From: Geosiphon pyriformis uo1
Taxonomy: Eukaryota > Fungi > Glomeromycota
DNA: 64,000 nt
NCBI GenBank assembly: GCA_016748015.1
Contig: JAAOMT010000595.1
Coordinates: forward strand, 66,282-130,281
Reading direction: 5' to 3'
Shown here: positions 62,546 through 64,000 of the stretch, one piece after another
How positions within the stretch are numbered: position 1 is the first letter of the stretch
Layout of the letters: every line of letters begins with the position of its first letter
Notes under the pieces: generated by a model
Database searches by the model: none
What the model saw: only the letters and a program-made list of their open reading frames with translations
What the model was told of the DNA's origin: nothing
Made by a program: the position numbers and the translations under genes

Positions 62546-64000
62546 AAACCAAAAAACAAACTATTTAACCAAAACATAATCAAAATTTTTTTAAAAAATC
62601 ATTAAAAAAATGTAGTATTTAAAAATTTATTTTAAAAGTAAAAATAAAAAAATTATAAAAGATTTTATAAAAAAAACATAATTAAATTATTTAATTAATT
62701 AAAACACTATTTTTAAGATCCAATCTTTAACAATATAATATTTTTTATTATTAATTAACATCATAATAAAAACAAAGTCAGATAATAAAACTAATAGCTT
62801 ATTCAATAAAATAAAATATATTAAAAAACCAAAAGTAATAAAAATTTAAAAGAATAATAAAGAATACATATATATTTTAAATATTAATAAGAAATATTTA
62901 AAGCTTGAGAAAAAAGAATAAAAAAAGAAATATATAGAAAAAATAATTAACTGCTTATTATAAAGCTATAGAAAAAAGTTGATTTAGTATAAAATTAATA
63001 CTTTTTTTAATTTATAAAAAGCTGTATATATAATTAAATTACATAAAATTTATATATTATATTAAAACTATTTTAGATACATTAATTATTTATATATATT
63101 AAATTAATAAATTTAATTATAAGCTTACTTAGTATATTATTTTTCTAAAAACTAATAATTTAAATAATCAGATTTAGATAATTAGATTTAAAATTGTAAT
63201 TATATATTATTAATACTAATTATAATCATAATTAATACAATTAGACATAAATTAATTAATTATATTTCTTGGTAATTATTTCTAAATAATATTATAAATA
63301 ATTATTTAAGATATTAAAACAAATAACAAACTTATAACTCAGTACTTAATAGCTATATATAATAGTAATTTCTGAAGATTTTAAAGTCTAAGAATTTTAG
63401 TTGAGTTCTTTGTATAATAAACAAAAATTTAGTTAATAGTTTTTTTTTAATTTTTGTTTTTAGCATAATAGCCAGTTTATTTTGGCAGTTATGTTTTTTT
63501 GATAAGTTATTTTTAAGTTTTTTTACCTTTGTTTTATGTGTTTTTTATCAAATTATTCTTAACATTAATTATTCAATACTTAATCTCTTAATTAATTAGT
63601 AATAACAAAGAAAACAAACAAAAGAAAATAATAAAAAAAAAAAAAAAGAAAAAAAGAAAATAAGAAATTAGTATTTTATTAATAGTCATAATTAAAAGCT
63701 ATTAGTCTCATGTAGTTAAATATTAAATTCTATCAACATAAATTGTTGATAGTATAGAATTGATTAATATTTCTTAATCAAGCAATAATAATATAAATTT
63801 GAATAATAAGAGATACTTTTATTAATATAAATATAATTTCATTTTAAGTTATAGAAAATTATTTTTTAAAGGAAGAATTATTAGATAATTACTTGTTTTT
63901 AACTATTGTTTTGAATTTTTTTTCTGCTTCTAACACTCTCACTATATATATATAATTTATGTTATACAAAATTTTTTAAAATTTTTTAATTCTTTTAAAA

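Overview
Very AT-rich eukaryotic (fungal) DNA. Gene content and retroelement types suggest an early-diverging fungus such as a Glomeromycotina/Mucoromycota species (inference). Three intron-containing host genes occupy a central island (32.9-39.7 kb): an Apd1-like bis-histidinyl [2Fe-2S] thioredoxin-like ferredoxin, KEI1, and a divergently transcribed fungal-type CDCA7 (zf-4CXXC_R1 hemimethyl-CpG reader with a HELLS-binding-like helix). Nearly everything else is nested retroelements. Three two-LTR Ty3/Gypsy elements from two families (A: 7311-19144 and 51703-61891; B: 41855-50879; all minus strand) have the unusual order [AUG-less N-terminal domain]-Gag-Q/N-rich-PR-Cys-rich-dUTPase-(dUTPase-like)-RT-RH-IN-(ORF3). 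There are also several solo LTRs, one full-length APE/RT/RNaseH LINE and truncated LINEs. Removing two nested LTR elements reveals an ORF1-only (half-LINE, HAL1-like) retroposon that uses the same 3' UTR as the LINEs. LTR insertions have 4-bp TSDs centred on CG/TG/CA/TA. All repeats show heavy C>T/G>A erosion, grading into near-pure AT relics. A 20-N gap at 56497-56516 is flanked by an artefactual 246-bp duplication.
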